DNA from: a bacterium
Lineage (GTDB): Bacteria; UBA10199; 2-02-FULL-50-16; JAJFLM01
Direction of reading: 5' to 3'
DNA: 64,000 bases
Assembly (NCBI GenBank): GCA_965216315.1
Contig: CBDCFN010000016.1
Span: forward strand, 2,208,001 to 2,272,000
Below the pieces are notes generated by a model, which was not told the origin of the DNA, searched no databases, and saw only the letters and a program-made list of their open reading frames with translations. Shown here in pieces: positions 1-10,089 of this stretch. A program made the translations under genes and the position numbers. Every line of letters starts with the position of its first letter. Within the stretch, counting starts at the first letter, position 1.

Positions 1-1
1 T

Positions 2-403
2 GGCGACAACTGTCCGCTCGTTGTTAACCCGGATCAGGTAGACGACAACGACGACGGCATCGGTGACGCCTGTCAGCTTGATACAGACGGCGACGGGGTA
101 GTTGATGCCCTTGATAGTGACGGTGACGGTGTTGCCGACAAGGACGGTGACGGTAATGACCTCGACAACTGTCCTTTTGATTCCAATCCGATTGAGCCTG
201 GCCAAGAAGCGCAGGGCGATCAAGACGGTGATGGCATCGGGGATGCGTGTGACTCTGACTTTGCGGCTCTCTCCAGTGGTGGCTGTGGCTGCCGTATCGA
301 TGGAGTCAGTGGAAGTCCTGCAGACGTAATCCCATTCTTGATCCTAATGCTGCCGATCGTCATCTTCCGGATGACGCGCAAGAAATCGGAGGCCCAGGCC
401 TAA
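2..403 (+). CDS. 5'-truncated thrombospondin type 3 (TSP3) repeat protein with full MYXO-CTERM-like sorting signal
   Basis: Not in ORF track. Frame 2 reads [24 protein letters not shown]...[12 protein letters not shown]...[11 protein letters not shown]...[25 protein letters not shown] to TAA at 401-403. Confidence 0.85.
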   Translation, partial: GDNCPLVVNPDQVDDNDDGIGDACQLDTDGDGVVDALDSDGDGVADKDGDGNDLDNCPFDSNPIEPGQEAQGDQDGDGIGDACDSDFAALSSGGCGCRIDGVSGSPADVIPFLILMLPIVIFRMTRKKSEAQA

Positions 404-429
404 GCCAGTATTGGGGGAGGTAACATACG

Positions 430-1326
430 ATGAAGACTTGGATGAAACATATAGTATTAATCGCGGCCTTCGCGCTGATTCCGGCCCTTGCTGTGGCAAT
501 GCCCACAACATACGACGTCGACGGCGATGGCATCGAAAACAACCACGACAATTGTCCTGACCATAGCAATGCAGGTCAAGAGGACAACGACGACGATGGT
601 TTCGGCGATGTCTGTGACGGAGACGACGACAACGACGGCGTCTCCGACCTCGGCGAAGTCGCCCTGGAAACGGATCCGATGGACCCGGACACGGACGATG
701 ATGGTCTGACCGACTTGTTCGATTGTGCCCCGACGGATCCCGAGAAGTACACCTATGAAGACTGCTGGCTCCTCGTGGAAGACACGGGTGGTGACAACGG
801 CGGCAACAATGGTGGCAATAACGGTGGCGGCAACAACGGCGGCGGCAACCCGAACGTCAATCCCGTCGACTCGGACGGCGATGGTTGTTTTGACGATATC
901 GAAATCGGCATGCACACGGATCCATTAGATCCGGATACCGACGGTGACGGCGTTCCTGACTGCAATGACAATTGCCCCATCGTGAACAACCCCGGGCAAG
1001 AAGAGTCAGAACCTACTTCCAACGTCGGTATTGCCTGCGAAGGTGACTACGATGGAGATGGAGTTCCCGACGCAGACGACAATTGCATCTACGATCCGAA
1101 TCCCTTTCAGTTGGATTCCGATATCGATGGTGTCGGTAACGTCTGTGACCCGGATTCGGAAGACTTTGGCGGTCCAGAACCCCTGGTCAATGTTCAAGGT
1201 GGCGGTGGCTCCGGTGGCGGCTGTTCCTTAGCAGCCGAAACCACCACAAACCTGGCTCACCGTGGCACCCTGTTGCTATTAGTCATTTCGTTATTCGGAC
1301 TCGGAATGAGTCGAAAAAAGTTATAA
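430..1326 (+). CDS. Secreted TSP3-repeat Ca-binding surface protein with MYXO-CTERM-like tail
   Basis: GGAGG SD, signal peptide, DxDGDG..DNCP..N.xQ repeats, GGNN linker, C-terminus GGGCSL + hydrophobic helix + RKKL. Confidence 0.85.
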   Translation: MKTWMKHIVLIAAFALIPALAVAMPTTYDVDGDGIENNHDNCPDHSNAGQEDNDDDGFGDVCDGDDDNDGVSDLGEVALETDPMDPDTDDDGLTDLFDCAPTDPEKYTYEDCWLLVEDTGGDNGGNNGGNNGGGNNGGGNPNVNPVDSDGDGCFDDIEIGMHTDPLDPDTDGDGVPDCNDNCPIVNNPGQEESEPTSNVGIACEGDYDGDGVPDADDNCIYDPNPFQLDSDIDGVGNVCDPDSEDFGGPEPLVNVQGGGGSGGGCSLAAETTTNLAHRGTLLLLVISLFGLGMSRKKL

Positions 1327-1351
1327 CGCCTTTAGTGGATCTTGGGAATTG

Positions 1352-1392
1352 CCCCGTGGGATCGGTTTAACCGCCATCCCACGGGGTTTTTT
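1352..1392 (+). terminator. Rho-independent terminator
   Basis: CCCCGTGGGAT...ATCCCACGGGG stem followed by TTTTTT. Confidence 0.8.
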
Positions 1393-1585
1393 ATTCGTCT
1401 TTTTTCTCCGGAAAGGGAACAACTGTTCCATCACTTATATCGACAGGTCCGCCTTTGACTCGATACTCCTCACTCACCCACTTGCCAAAATCAACCAGCT
1501 TACACCGCTCCGAGCAGAAGGGGCGATAGGGGTTATCCTTCCATTCGATCTCTTTTTTACAGTGTGGACAGCGCGCCTGGGACAT
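1391..1585 (-). CDS. yacG: DNA gyrase inhibitor YacG
   Basis: CPHC...YRPFCSERCKLVDFGKWVSEEYRV zinc finger; start taken at MSQARC. Confidence 0.9.
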   Translation of the reverse strand: MSQARCPHCKKEIEWKDNPYRPFCSERCKLVDFGKWVSEEYRVKGGPVDISDGTVVPFPEKKDE

Positions 1586-1602
1586 AATAGTTTTATAGCC
1601 CC

Positions 1603-2847
1603 ATGAGCCCATCAGATGCAATAGCGGTCTACGTTCACATTCCCTTCTGTGAGGTCAAGTGCGGCTATTGCGACTTTTACAGCGTACCGCGAGGATACCA
1701 GGAATTTGATCTACAAGAGAAATATGTCGCGGCGCTGTGTCGGGAGATTGAAATGCGGTCGACCTCCCCTAACCCCTCCTTCGTAAGGAGGGGAACACGC
1801 GTGAACTCCATCTTCTTCGGCGGCGGCACCCCTTCCCTGCTCCGCCCTGACCTCTTAGAACGCATCCTCGTCACTCTTGCAGAATATTTTCAGTGGGATC
1901 AGACGACGGAAATCACGATGGAATGCAACCCAAAGACAATAGATCTGGAGGGCCTACGCGAACGTCGTTCACTGGGCATCAATCGCCTGTCCCTTGGCGT
2001 TCAATCCTTCCAAGATCATTTTCTCAAGAGACTGGGGCGCATCCATAGCGGCCAGGAAGCCAAACAGACTATTTTAGCGGCACAGCAAGCCGGCTTTGAA
2101 AATGTTAATTTTGATCTGATTTTTGCACTACCAGGCCAATCACACGATGACTGGAAACAGGATCTAGAAATAGCACTGGACCTGGGAACACCGCATTTGT
2201 CTTGCTATGCCTTAACGATTGAACCGGGGACACCCTTTGAAAAACTGTATGGCCGCGTAGGGTCGGAGTCAGCCCTACCCAGCGATGACATCGCATTACA
2301 GCAATTCTGGTACACCCGCGAACGTCTAACCCAAGCCGGCCTTGAGGCCTATGAAATTTCCAACTTCGCCCGCCCGGGCTATGAATGTCGCCATAATCAG
2401 CATTACTGGAACTATGGAGAGTACGTCGGCTTCGGTGTCTCCGCTGCGTCTTTCTATAAAATCCCCCCCTTTGTAAAGGGGGGCCAGGGGGGATTTAAAC
2501 GCACGGCAAACGCGCGTGATCTGCAAAAATATATCGATGGTGACTATCAAATAGAAATTGATCCGATTGAGCAAATAACCGCCCAAGGCGAATTCGTCAT
2601 GCTGGCATTGCGCACCCGTGAAGGCCTATCCGAACGGCACTTTAGAGAACTATTTGGAGAGGAATTTACCGAGGTATTTGAAGAGGTGTTATCGCCGTTA
2701 AAGGAACAGCACCCGTCCTCCGCAGTAGCTACTGCTACGGAGGGGGAAGCGGCGCCCCTGCATCATGACCAGGGTCATTGGAAATTGACGGACCGCGGAC
2801 TCGAAGTCGCGGATACAGTGATCTCCCCCTTTGTAAAGGGGGACTAA
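1603..2847 (+). CDS. hemW: Radical SAM haem chaperone HemW (HemN-like), carrying in-frame palindromic inserts
   Basis: YVHIPFC, CxxxCxxC (CEVKCGYC), FFGGGTPS, YEISNFA, HNxxYW. Confidence 0.9.
   Translation: MSPSDAIAVYVHIPFCEVKCGYCDFYSVPRGYQEFDLQEKYVAALCREIEMRSTSPNPSFVRRGTRVNSIFFGGGTPSLLRPDLLERILVTLAEYFQWDQTTEITMECNPKTIDLEGLRERRSLGINRLSLGVQSFQDHFLKRLGRIHSGQEAKQTILAAQQAGFENVNFDLIFALPGQSHDDWKQDLEIALDLGTPHLSCYALTIEPGTPFEKLYGRVGSESALPSDDIALQQFWYTRERLTQAGLEAYEISNFARPGYECRHNQHYWNYGEYVGFGVSAASFYKIPPFVKGGQGGFKRTANARDLQKYIDGDYQIEIDPIEQITAQGEFVMLALRTREGLSERHFRELFGEEFTEVFEEVLSPLKEQHPSSAVATATEGEAAPLHHDQGHWKLTDRGLEVADTVISPFVKGD
1762..1795 (-). repeat. Short palindromic repeat family A, copy 1 (in frame in hemW)
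   Basis: ACCTCCCCTAACCCCTCCTTCGTAAGGAGGGGAA; reverse complement nearly identical to 47709-47744. Confidence 0.8.
2461..2496 (+). repeat. Family A repeat, copy 2 (in frame in hemW; IPPFVKGGQGGF)
   Basis: ATCCCCCCCTTTGTAAAGGGGGGCCAGGGGGGATTT. Confidence 0.85.
2707..2761 (-). repeat. Family B composite REP-like element (in frame in hemW; HPSSAVATATEGEAAPL)
   Basis: Reverse complement GCAGGGGCGCCGCTTCCCCCTCCGTAGCAGTAGCTACTGCGGAGGACGGGTGCTG aligns with 16196-16250. Confidence 0.8.
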
Positions 2848-2906
2848 GGGGGATTTAATTTACATTAGTTTAAATCCCTCCTAACCTCCCTTTACAAAAG
2901 AGAGGA
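2821..2906. repeat. Inverted pair of family A repeats (copies 3 and 4) at the hemW/acnA convergence
   Basis: ATCTCCCCCTTTGTAAAGGGGGACTAAGGGGGATTT...AAATCCCTCCTAACCTCCCTTTACAAAAGAGAGGA; hemW TAA lies inside copy 3. Confidence 0.85.
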
Positions 2907-2909
2907 ATG

Positions 2910-5579
2910 TCATTTACTAGCGAGTTGTCGTAACACGTACTGCAAAATTCCGCCATTACGGTAGTATTCCAACTCATCCGGCGTATCGATACGCGCCATC
3001 ATCTGAAAGTTTTTATCCGTCCCATCGACCTGCACTGTCACTTCTTGACGTGGCTTGAGCGCGGCAATGCCACTAATCGTGAACGATTCACTCCCCTTCA
3101 AGCCCAGAGAGACGGCATCTTCGCCTGCTTTAAATTGCAAGGGTAACACGCCCATTCCAACTAGGTTGGAACGATGGATGCGCTCATAACTCGTCGCAAG
3201 CACCGCCTTGACACCTAGTAGGGCGGTCCCTTTGGCGGCCCAATCGCGGGAAGAACCGGTCCCATATTCCTTCCCGGCGATAACGATCAAATCCGTCCCA
3301 TCGACTTGGTATTTCATCGCTGCATCGTAAATCGACTCCGTCTCCCCCGACGGTTGATAGACAGTCCATCCGCCTTCGGTTCCCGGAGCCAGCTGATTGC
3401 GCAGTCGAATATTCCCAAAGGTACCCCGCATCATCACTTCGTGATTGCCACGACGCGACCCATAACTATTAAAATCCTTAGCTTCCACGCCCCGTTCCAA
3501 GAGATAGGTCGTCGTAGGGCTGTCTTTGGGAATCGCCCCCGCAGGCGAGATATGATCTGTCGTTACCGAATCTCCGAGCAGGGCGAGGACCTTGGCCGCC
3601 TGAATATCCTGAAGCGGCGCGGGCTCTGCGTGCATCCCTTCAAAAAAAGGCGGGTGCTTGACGTAAGTCGAGCGGGTATCCCACTCATAAGTATCGCCTT
3701 TAGGCACCGGTAGTTGCTGCCAGGCTTCGTCTCCGTCAAAAATGCGCCCATATTCCTTTAAGAACATGTCCTGATCGAGCGCTTCATTCATCGCGGCCTG
3801 AATTTCTTCCTGGCTGGGCCAGATATCTTGGAGGAAAACATCCTGCCCGTCACGCCCCTGCCCCAGCGGTTCCTTGGTTATATCCACAGTCATATTGCCG
3901 GCAATCGCATAAGCGACGACAAGTGGCGGCGACGCAAGATAATTGGCTCGTACGTTCGGATTGATTCGCCCTTCAAAATTCCGATTGCCTGATAAGACTG
4001 AAACCGCAACTAAATCATTCGTTTCAATCCCTTGCGCAATATTCTCCGGAAGTGGTCCAGAGTTACCAATACACGTCGTACAACCATAACCCACGATGTT
4101 AAACTTGAGATCGGCTAAGGCCGTCATCAGACCGGCTTTTTCCAAGTAATCCGCAACCACCTTTGAGCCGGGAGCCAGACTCGTCTTGACCCAAGGCTTC
4201 ACGGTTAAGCCCCGCTCAACCGCTTTCTTGGCCAACAAGCCGGCCCCTATCATTACTGACGGGTTTGACGTATTCGTACAACTCGTAATGGCCGCAATCA
4301 CCACCGAACCGTGTTTTAATTGAAATGATTCCCCATCGTGAGTCACATCCGCCGACTTTGTTTCGTCACCGGCTGACACCATGGCATCTATGACACGTGA
4401 AAATGCCGCCTTGGATTCTGTCAGTGGCACTCGATCCTGGGGACGCTTCGGGCCGGCTAGACTCGCAACGATCGTCCCCAGGTCCAACTCTAAGGTATCG
4501 GTAAATTCCGGGTCCGGCATCGCCGGCGTGCGAAACAGTCCCTGCTCACTCAAATACGCCCTAACCAGATTGACCTGCTCCGCGCTGCGTCCCGAAAGCT
4601 GTAAATAGCGCAAGGTTTCCTCGTCGACGGGGAAAAAGCCCATCGTCGCCCCGTATTCAGGGGCCATATTGGCTATGGTCGCACGATCCGCTAAACTCAA
4701 ATGGTCTAAACCGGGCCCGAAAAACTCGACGAACTTACCGACAACGCCTTTTTCACGCAGTCGTTCAACGATCGTCAGGACCAAATCCGTCGCGGTCGTT
4801 CCCGCCGGCAACTCACCAACCAGACGAAATCCGACAACATCCGGAACAAGCATGCTGATCGCTTGCCCCAACATGGCGGCCTCGGCCTCAATACCACCAA
4901 CCCCCCAACCCAGGACACCTAAACCGTTAATCATGGTTGTATGTGAATCTGTTCCTACCAGGGTATCGGGATAGATTTCGTTCGCTTCATTCTTAAAAAC
5001 GACCGAAGCGAGATATTCTAAATTAACCTGATGAACAATACCGGCCCCCGGTGGGACAACACGAAAATTGTTGAACGCCTGCTGCCCCCAACGCAAAAAC
5101 TCATACCGTTCCCGATTACGCTCGAATTCGCGCTGTGTGTTATAGGCGAGCGCATCGGGCCCACCGAAGCGATCGACTTGAACCGAGTGGTCAATAACGA
5201 GATCGACCGGTTGCAGCGGATTGATCAATTTGGGATCCGCGCCCATAGCCTTGACGGCGTCGCGCATGGCAGCCAAGTCGACAACGGCCGGCACCCCGGT
5301 AAAATCTTGCAGAATGACACGCGCGGGTCGAAAGGCAATTTCAGGACGGCTTGCCGTCTGGGCCGGCCACGCCGCGAGAGCTTCAATATCCGCCTTGGTC
5401 ACCGTCTTGCCGTCTTCATGACGAAGCAGGTTTTCCAAGAGCACGCGAATGGAGACAGGCAGACGCTTTAGGTCATAACCCGCCTGGGCAAGCGCGGGTA
5501 GGCTCCAATAATGATAATCTTTGCCCTCAGCGTTCAAAGTCTTGAGGGCCGCAAATGAATCAGGTTGAGATGTAGACAT
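2910..5579 (-). CDS. acnA: Aconitate hydratase A
   Basis: [50 protein letters not shown]; 889 aa. Confidence 0.97.
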   Translation of the reverse strand: MSTSQPDSFAALKTLNAEGKDYHYWSLPALAQAGYDLKRLPVSIRVLLENLLRHEDGKTVTKADIEALAAWPAQTASRPEIAFRPARVILQDFTGVPAVVDLAAMRDAVKAMGADPKLINPLQPVDLVIDHSVQVDRFGGPDALAYNTQREFERNRERYEFLRWGQQAFNNFRVVPPGAGIVHQVNLEYLASVVFKNEANEIYPDTLVGTDSHTTMINGLGVLGWGVGGIEAEAAMLGQAISMLVPDVVGFRLVGELPAGTTATDLVLTIVERLREKGVVGKFVEFFGPGLDHLSLADRATIANMAPEYGATMGFFPVDEETLRYLQLSGRSAEQVNLVRAYLSEQGLFRTPAMPDPEFTDTLELDLGTIVASLAGPKRPQDRVPLTESKAAFSRVIDAMVSAGDETKSADVTHDGESFQLKHGSVVIAAITSCTNTSNPSVMIGAGLLAKKAVERGLTVKPWVKTSLAPGSKVVADYLEKAGLMTALADLKFNIVGYGCTTCIGNSGPLPENIAQGIETNDLVAVSVLSGNRNFEGRINPNVRANYLASPPLVVAYAIAGNMTVDITKEPLGQGRDGQDVFLQDIWPSQEEIQAAMNEALDQDMFLKEYGRIFDGDEAWQQLPVPKGDTYEWDTRSTYVKHPPFFEGMHAEPAPLQDIQAAKVLALLGDSVTTDHISPAGAIPKDSPTTTYLLERGVEAKDFNSYGSRRGNHEVMMRGTFGNIRLRNQLAPGTEGGWTVYQPSGETESIYDAAMKYQVDGTDLIVIAGKEYGTGSSRDWAAKGTALLGVKAVLATSYERIHRSNLVGMGVLPLQFKAGEDAVSLGLKGSESFTISGIAALKPRQEVTVQVDGTDKNFQMMARIDTPDELEYYRNGGILQYVLRQLASK

Positions 5580-5684
5580 GACGGAGCTTTAGTCGATATA
5601 CATTGAAATATCAAGTCGACCGGGCAAATGGTACCCCTACGATTTTTGTTTAATTCATTACTGACTATAGGTTACATAGAATTC

Positions 5685-7655
5685 ATGGCTGAAACCGCAA
5701 TAAAAACCTCTGAACGCCTCAACGACCTGACCGTCGTCACCTTTGAGAGCCGCATGGCTAAGAAAGTCGGCAAGCTGCTGGAACGCGAAGGGGCCACGCC
5801 CCTCTTGGCTCCATCGATGCAGGAAATTCCACTCAGTGAGAACTCAGAGGCCTTTCGCTTTTTCGAAAGTCTTCAAAATGGCAACGTTGATATCTTAATC
5901 TTGATGACAGGGGTTGGCACGCGAACCCTCATTGAGACCCTGGAAACACGCTTGAATCGTGACGATATCATTAATGCACTCAACCGCGTGAAAATTGTCG
6001 TTCGTGGCCCCAAACCAACAGCCGCCTGCAAGTCACTGGGAATTAAAATAGATCTCAGTGTCCCTGAGCCGAATACCTGGCGCGAGATCCTCAATACCCT
6101 CGATGAAGACATCCGTTTGAAGGGGAAAAATGTTGCGGTCCAGGAATACGGGATTGCTAACGAAGATTTTTATGAAGAACTCACTCTACGCGGGGCGACA
6201 ATTTGCCCGGTCCCCGTTTATAAGTGGGCCCTCCCGGACGATGTCGGCCCGCTACTCGAGGCCATTGAGCAAATCATCGCAGGTTCCGTCGACCTCGCCC
6301 TGTTTACCAGTGCCCATCAGGTCGTCAATCTACTCGCGCTTGCCAGAGAACGTAACAAAGAAGCCGAACTGCGCCGCGCGATGACTCGCGTTGGTATTGT
6401 TTCCATCGGCCCGACGACAAGTGCCCGACTGCGGCAAGCTCAATTTTTTACTGACTTGGAGGCCTCGCCTCATAAACTCGAGGATTTAATTGAACTCGCT
6501 GCGCAAAGCGGACCGCAGGTCGCCGCGCAAAAAAGGCAGCGCGCTGCACGTGCTTGGGTTCGTGTCGGGGCAGGAGCGGGATCCCACCCGGGCGCAGCAA
6601 GCAACGCCCCTACAAGCAATTATGATGATACATTATTGCTCCGCGCCTGTCGTCGCCAGCCAAATGAACGAATTCCGATTTGGCTCATGCGTCAAGCGGG
6701 CCGTTATATGGCCGAGTATCAAATGGTACGGCAAAAACTTGGTTTTTTAGACCTGTGCAAGAACCCGGAGCTGGCAGCCGAAGTCACTCTTTCAGCCTTA
6801 GAGCGTTTAGGGGTCGATGCAGCGATTATCTTTGCCGACATTCTCTTGCCGGTTGAACCGATGGGTATCGGCCTGGATTTCGCAAAAGGTGAAGGGCCAC
6901 GTATCCTGCGTCCAGTTCGCGATATCGCCGCTATTGAACAACTCCGGCCGGTCGATATCAATGAATCCCTGGGCTTTGTTCTTGAAGCGATTCGCAATGT
7001 CCGGAGCACGATGGACTCCCGCATCCCCCTCATCGGTTTTTGCGGGGCTCCGTTTACGATGGCCTCTTATATGATTGAGGGCAAAGGTTCGCGCAATTAT
7101 ATTCCCACGAAAACACTGATGCATAGCGAACCCAAGGCCTGGCACCAACTGATGGAAAAACTCGTCGCTGTGCAAATTGACTTTCTCACCGAACAACATA
7201 AGGCCGGCTGTCAGGTCCTGCAAATTTTTGATAGCTGGGTCGGAGCCCTCTCTCCTCAGGATTACGAAGAATATGTTCTTGTCCATGTTAAAAACCTCAT
7301 TCAGTCGCTTCCTAAAGATGTACCCGTCATTCATTTTGGCACGGGCACCGCAACGCTCCTCGAACTACAAAAACAAGCCGGCGGCGATGTCATTGGTCTA
7401 GACTGGCGCATGGACATCGGCCCGACCTGGGAACGATTAGGCGACGTTGCCATTCAAGGCAACCTGGACCCCGTTATTCTTTTTTCTGATTTGGATGTTA
7501 TTCGCGCCGAAGCCAAAAAGATACTCGACGCCGTCGGCCACAAACCCGGCTTTATCTTCAACCTCGGTCACGGCATCCTTCCCGAAACACCCGTCGATCA
7601 CGTCATGGCGTTAGTCGATTACGTTCATGAGTGGAAATTTCAGCAAAAGCAGTAA
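5685..7655 (+). CDS. hemE: Fused uroporphyrinogen-III synthase (HemD-like) / uroporphyrinogen decarboxylase (HemE)
   Basis: N-half FESR, MTGVG, VPVYKW, FTSA, SIGPTTS; C-half WLMRQAGRY, IIFADIL, QIFDSW, IFNLGHGI; start taken at MAETAIK. Confidence 0.9.
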   Translation: MAETAIKTSERLNDLTVVTFESRMAKKVGKLLEREGATPLLAPSMQEIPLSENSEAFRFFESLQNGNVDILILMTGVGTRTLIETLETRLNRDDIINALNRVKIVVRGPKPTAACKSLGIKIDLSVPEPNTWREILNTLDEDIRLKGKNVAVQEYGIANEDFYEELTLRGATICPVPVYKWALPDDVGPLLEAIEQIIAGSVDLALFTSAHQVVNLLALARERNKEAELRRAMTRVGIVSIGPTTSARLRQAQFFTDLEASPHKLEDLIELAAQSGPQVAAQKRQRAARAWVRVGAGAGSHPGAASNAPTSNYDDTLLLRACRRQPNERIPIWLMRQAGRYMAEYQMVRQKLGFLDLCKNPELAAEVTLSALERLGVDAAIIFADILLPVEPMGIGLDFAKGEGPRILRPVRDIAAIEQLRPVDINESLGFVLEAIRNVRSTMDSRIPLIGFCGAPFTMASYMIEGKGSRNYIPTKTLMHSEPKAWHQLMEKLVAVQIDFLTEQHKAGCQVLQIFDSWVGALSPQDYEEYVLVHVKNLIQSLPKDVPVIHFGTGTATLLELQKQAGGDVIGLDWRMDIGPTWERLGDVAIQGNLDPVILFSDLDVIRAEAKKILDAVGHKPGFIFNLGHGILPETPVDHVMALVDYVHEWKFQQKQ

Positions 7656-7676
7656 CGGTTTGTGAGTTCTCAAATG

Positions 7677-7713
7677 AAAAGCGCCCGCAGCCTGAATCGG
7701 TTGCGGGCGCCTT
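7677..7713 (-). terminator. Rho-independent terminator (U-tract on minus strand)
   Basis: AAAA-GCGCCCGCAGCC-loop-GGTTGCGGGCGC. Confidence 0.7.
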
Positions 7714-7841
7714 ATGGAGGCAGAGTGATTTTAGGTGCGTATACATATTATCGAAATCAATGGGCTCCATGTTGCTAAAATCTTAATAAATACATATTAT
7801 TATGGATTCATTTGTATACAAATAATTAATATTTAATTATT

Positions 7842-8852
7842 TCAATGCCTTATGAGATCACAAACGGCCTGCACCCAGCGGGGGTGGGTATTGGGGCAGG
7901 GAACCAGGTCGAGGCGCTCTCCTCCGGCCTCCAGAAAGGCGGCGCGATTGCGAATCCCGTTCTCTTCAATTGTCTCCAGACAATCAGCAACGAAGGACGG
8001 ACAAAACATCGTAACTTTCTTCTTACCGCCCCGCGCCAATTCTAATAAAATTTTATCCGTATGCGGCTCGATCCACGGCGTTCGCCCCAGTCGTGACTGA
8101 AAACAGACACTGTACGCATCTTTCGTCAGTCCCAGTCCTTTCCCAATCAACTCTGCCGTCACAAAACATTGATGACGATAACAATAATGATTTTCGAGCG
8201 TGTCATTGAGACAACAATCAGGACGAATCAAGCAATACGTACCACTACGATCACTTTTTCGAATCTGGCGCTCCGGCAAACCGTGAAAGCTGAACAAAAC
8301 GTGATCTGCCTGCGTTCCTTCTACAACGGGACGCCCTATCTCAACAAAGCTTTCTATAAACCCCGGATCATCATAGAAAGGATGCAGAATGCTCAGCTTC
8401 GGCGGATCCCACAGCTCATGCGCAAGCTTTAATACCGCTGCCACCGCTGAACCCGTCGCTGCCGCTGAATATTGCGGATACAACGGTAAGACACGAATCG
8501 CCGTCGCGCCTCTTCGAATGAGTGTCTCCAGTGCCTGCTCGACGGAAGGTCTGCCATAGCGCATGCCCAATTCGACACAGTAACGCCCCCCTAATTTTTC
8601 TTGCACCTGGCGGACGAGCTCCGCTCCGTGTACGAGCAAAGGTGATCCTGAGTCTGTCCATATTTTTCGATAGGCCGCGGCACTCTTGGGGGCTCGAAAC
8701 GGGGCAATGATGCAATTGACGAGAAACCAGCGGGACAGCGCGGGAATATCAATAACGCGCGGATCGGATAGAAACTCTCTTAGATAACGCCGCGTCGCCG
8801 CGGTTGTCGGCTTATCGGGAGTCCCCACATTGACGAGCAAGACGCCTATCAT
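7842..8852 (-). CDS. hemH: Ferrochelatase
   Basis: LLVNVGTP, FLSDPRVI, PLYPQYS, FSFHGLP, FQSRLG, DCLETIEE. Confidence 0.95.
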   Translation of the reverse strand: MIGVLLVNVGTPDKPTTAATRRYLREFLSDPRVIDIPALSRWFLVNCIIAPFRAPKSAAAYRKIWTDSGSPLLVHGAELVRQVQEKLGGRYCVELGMRYGRPSVEQALETLIRRGATAIRVLPLYPQYSAAATGSAVAAVLKLAHELWDPPKLSILHPFYDDPGFIESFVEIGRPVVEGTQADHVLFSFHGLPERQIRKSDRSGTYCLIRPDCCLNDTLENHYCYRHQCFVTAELIGKGLGLTKDAYSVCFQSRLGRTPWIEPHTDKILLELARGGKKKVTMFCPSFVADCLETIEENGIRNRAAFLEAGGERLDLVPCPNTHPRWVQAVCDLIRH

Positions 8853-9289
8853 TAGGAACCTGGTCGAATAACCACCATAATCACGATGAGTATCAAAAGG
8901 AGCGTGGGCACTTCGTTAATAATGCGGCAGGCCCGCTCTGAAAGCGGCCGATGACCATCGAGCATTTTTCCGTGAATACTCGTTGCAAAAAAATGGTATG
9001 CCATCAGGCCCAATACACCCGCCAGTTTGGCCTGAAACCACGGCTGTGACATGATCGACGGCGCCATTGTCACCATCAAGGCACCAAACACAAGAGTCAA
9101 GACCATGGCCGGGTACATGATAATATAAATGAGGCGACGCTCCATAATCGAAAAGATCTTCGCTTCTCTTGGATCATCCCAGTTCTGAATATGATAAACA
9201 AACAACCTGAAGATATAGAACATCCCGGCAAACCAGGCCACCATCGTAATGATATGAAACGCCTTAAACCAAAGATATGCCGTAATCAC
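8852..9289 (-). CDS. hemJ: Protoporphyrinogen IX oxidase HemJ
   Basis: YLWFKAFHII..WFAGMFY..RLFVYH, MERRL, RIINEVPT; four TM helices. Confidence 0.9.
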   Translation of the reverse strand: MITAYLWFKAFHIITMVAWFAGMFYIFRLFVYHIQNWDDPREAKIFSIMERRLIYIIMYPAMVLTLVFGALMVTMAPSIMSQPWFQAKLAGVLGLMAYHFFATSIHGKMLDGHRPLSERACRIINEVPTLLLILIVIMVVIRPGS

Positions 9290-9609
9290 TAAGTTGGCAC
9301 CTCAGTATAAAAAGGATTCGCACCGGCATTGTGATCCGTCACATCGATCACCTCTGCCACCTCGGGTATCAGTTCCTTTATCCGCATTTCGACACCCATT
9401 GTCATCGTCAAGGTAGAAGCCGCGCAACCTTGGCAACCTCCTCCAAACTTTAAATAGGCCTGACGATCGCGCACCGAATCAAGCTCGACCGAGCCACCGT
9501 GAGAAGCAAGTTTGGGATTTATTTCACCAGCAATTAGCTCGCGAATCCGCGAGGCAATTATCTTGTCCGTAATCGGCTTGTCGCGCTTTAGGAAGGATAA
9601 TAAGCCCAT
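9289..9609 (-). CDS. NifU-C/NfuA-type Fe-S biogenesis protein
   Basis: INPKLASHGG, GGGCQGC, DVTDHNAGANPFY. Confidence 0.88.
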   Translation of the reverse strand: MGLLSFLKRDKPITDKIIASRIRELIAGEINPKLASHGGSVELDSVRDRQAYLKFGGGCQGCAASTLTMTMGVEMRIKELIPEVAEVIDVTDHNAGANPFYTEVPT

Positions 9610-9636
9610 ATTATGTGAATAATCACATCTCCAACA

Positions 9637-10065
9637 TTAATCCCAGACGATATTTTGTATTTCATTATCTGAGAAAAAATGTCCAATCTCAAATTGCGCT
9701 GTTTCCGGCGCATCGGAGCCATGAACCACATTACATTGAATATCACTGCCAAAATCGGCCCGGATCGTGCCTTTTTCAGCATCGGCAGGGTTGGTGGCTC
9801 CCATCAACGCCCGATTCTTCTGGATGACACCTTCCCCTTCCAGCGCCATCACGACACAGGGACCCGAGGTCATAAATTCGATAACGTCATTAAAAAAGGG
9901 CTTATCCTTATGGACGGCATAAAAACCCTCGGCTTGCGCCTTATCCATGTGAATGAGTTTCATCGCGACGATTTTGATGCCATTTGATTCAAAGCGCTTG
10001 ATTACTTCGCCGATCAATTTTTTGCGTACGCCATCTGGCTTGACGATAGAGAGAGTCCGTTCCAT
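9637..10065 (-). CDS. ndk: Nucleoside diphosphate kinase
   Basis: [26 protein letters not shown]. Confidence 0.97.
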   Translation of the reverse strand: MERTLSIVKPDGVRKKLIGEVIKRFESNGIKIVAMKLIHMDKAQAEGFYAVHKDKPFFNDVIEFMTSGPCVVMALEGEGVIQKNRALMGATNPADAEKGTIRADFGSDIQCNVVHGSDAPETAQFEIGHFFSDNEIQNIVWD

Positions 10066-10089
10066 TGCCGAGTTCCTTTCTAAGAATCT

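Noticed and set aside
787..849. GGNN microsatellite as a contingency locus
   Set aside because: Codons vary between units; an ordinary flexible linker
5604..5615. FNR box TTGAAATATCAA between acnA and hemDE
   Set aside because: Two bases shorter than TTGAT-N4-ATCAA
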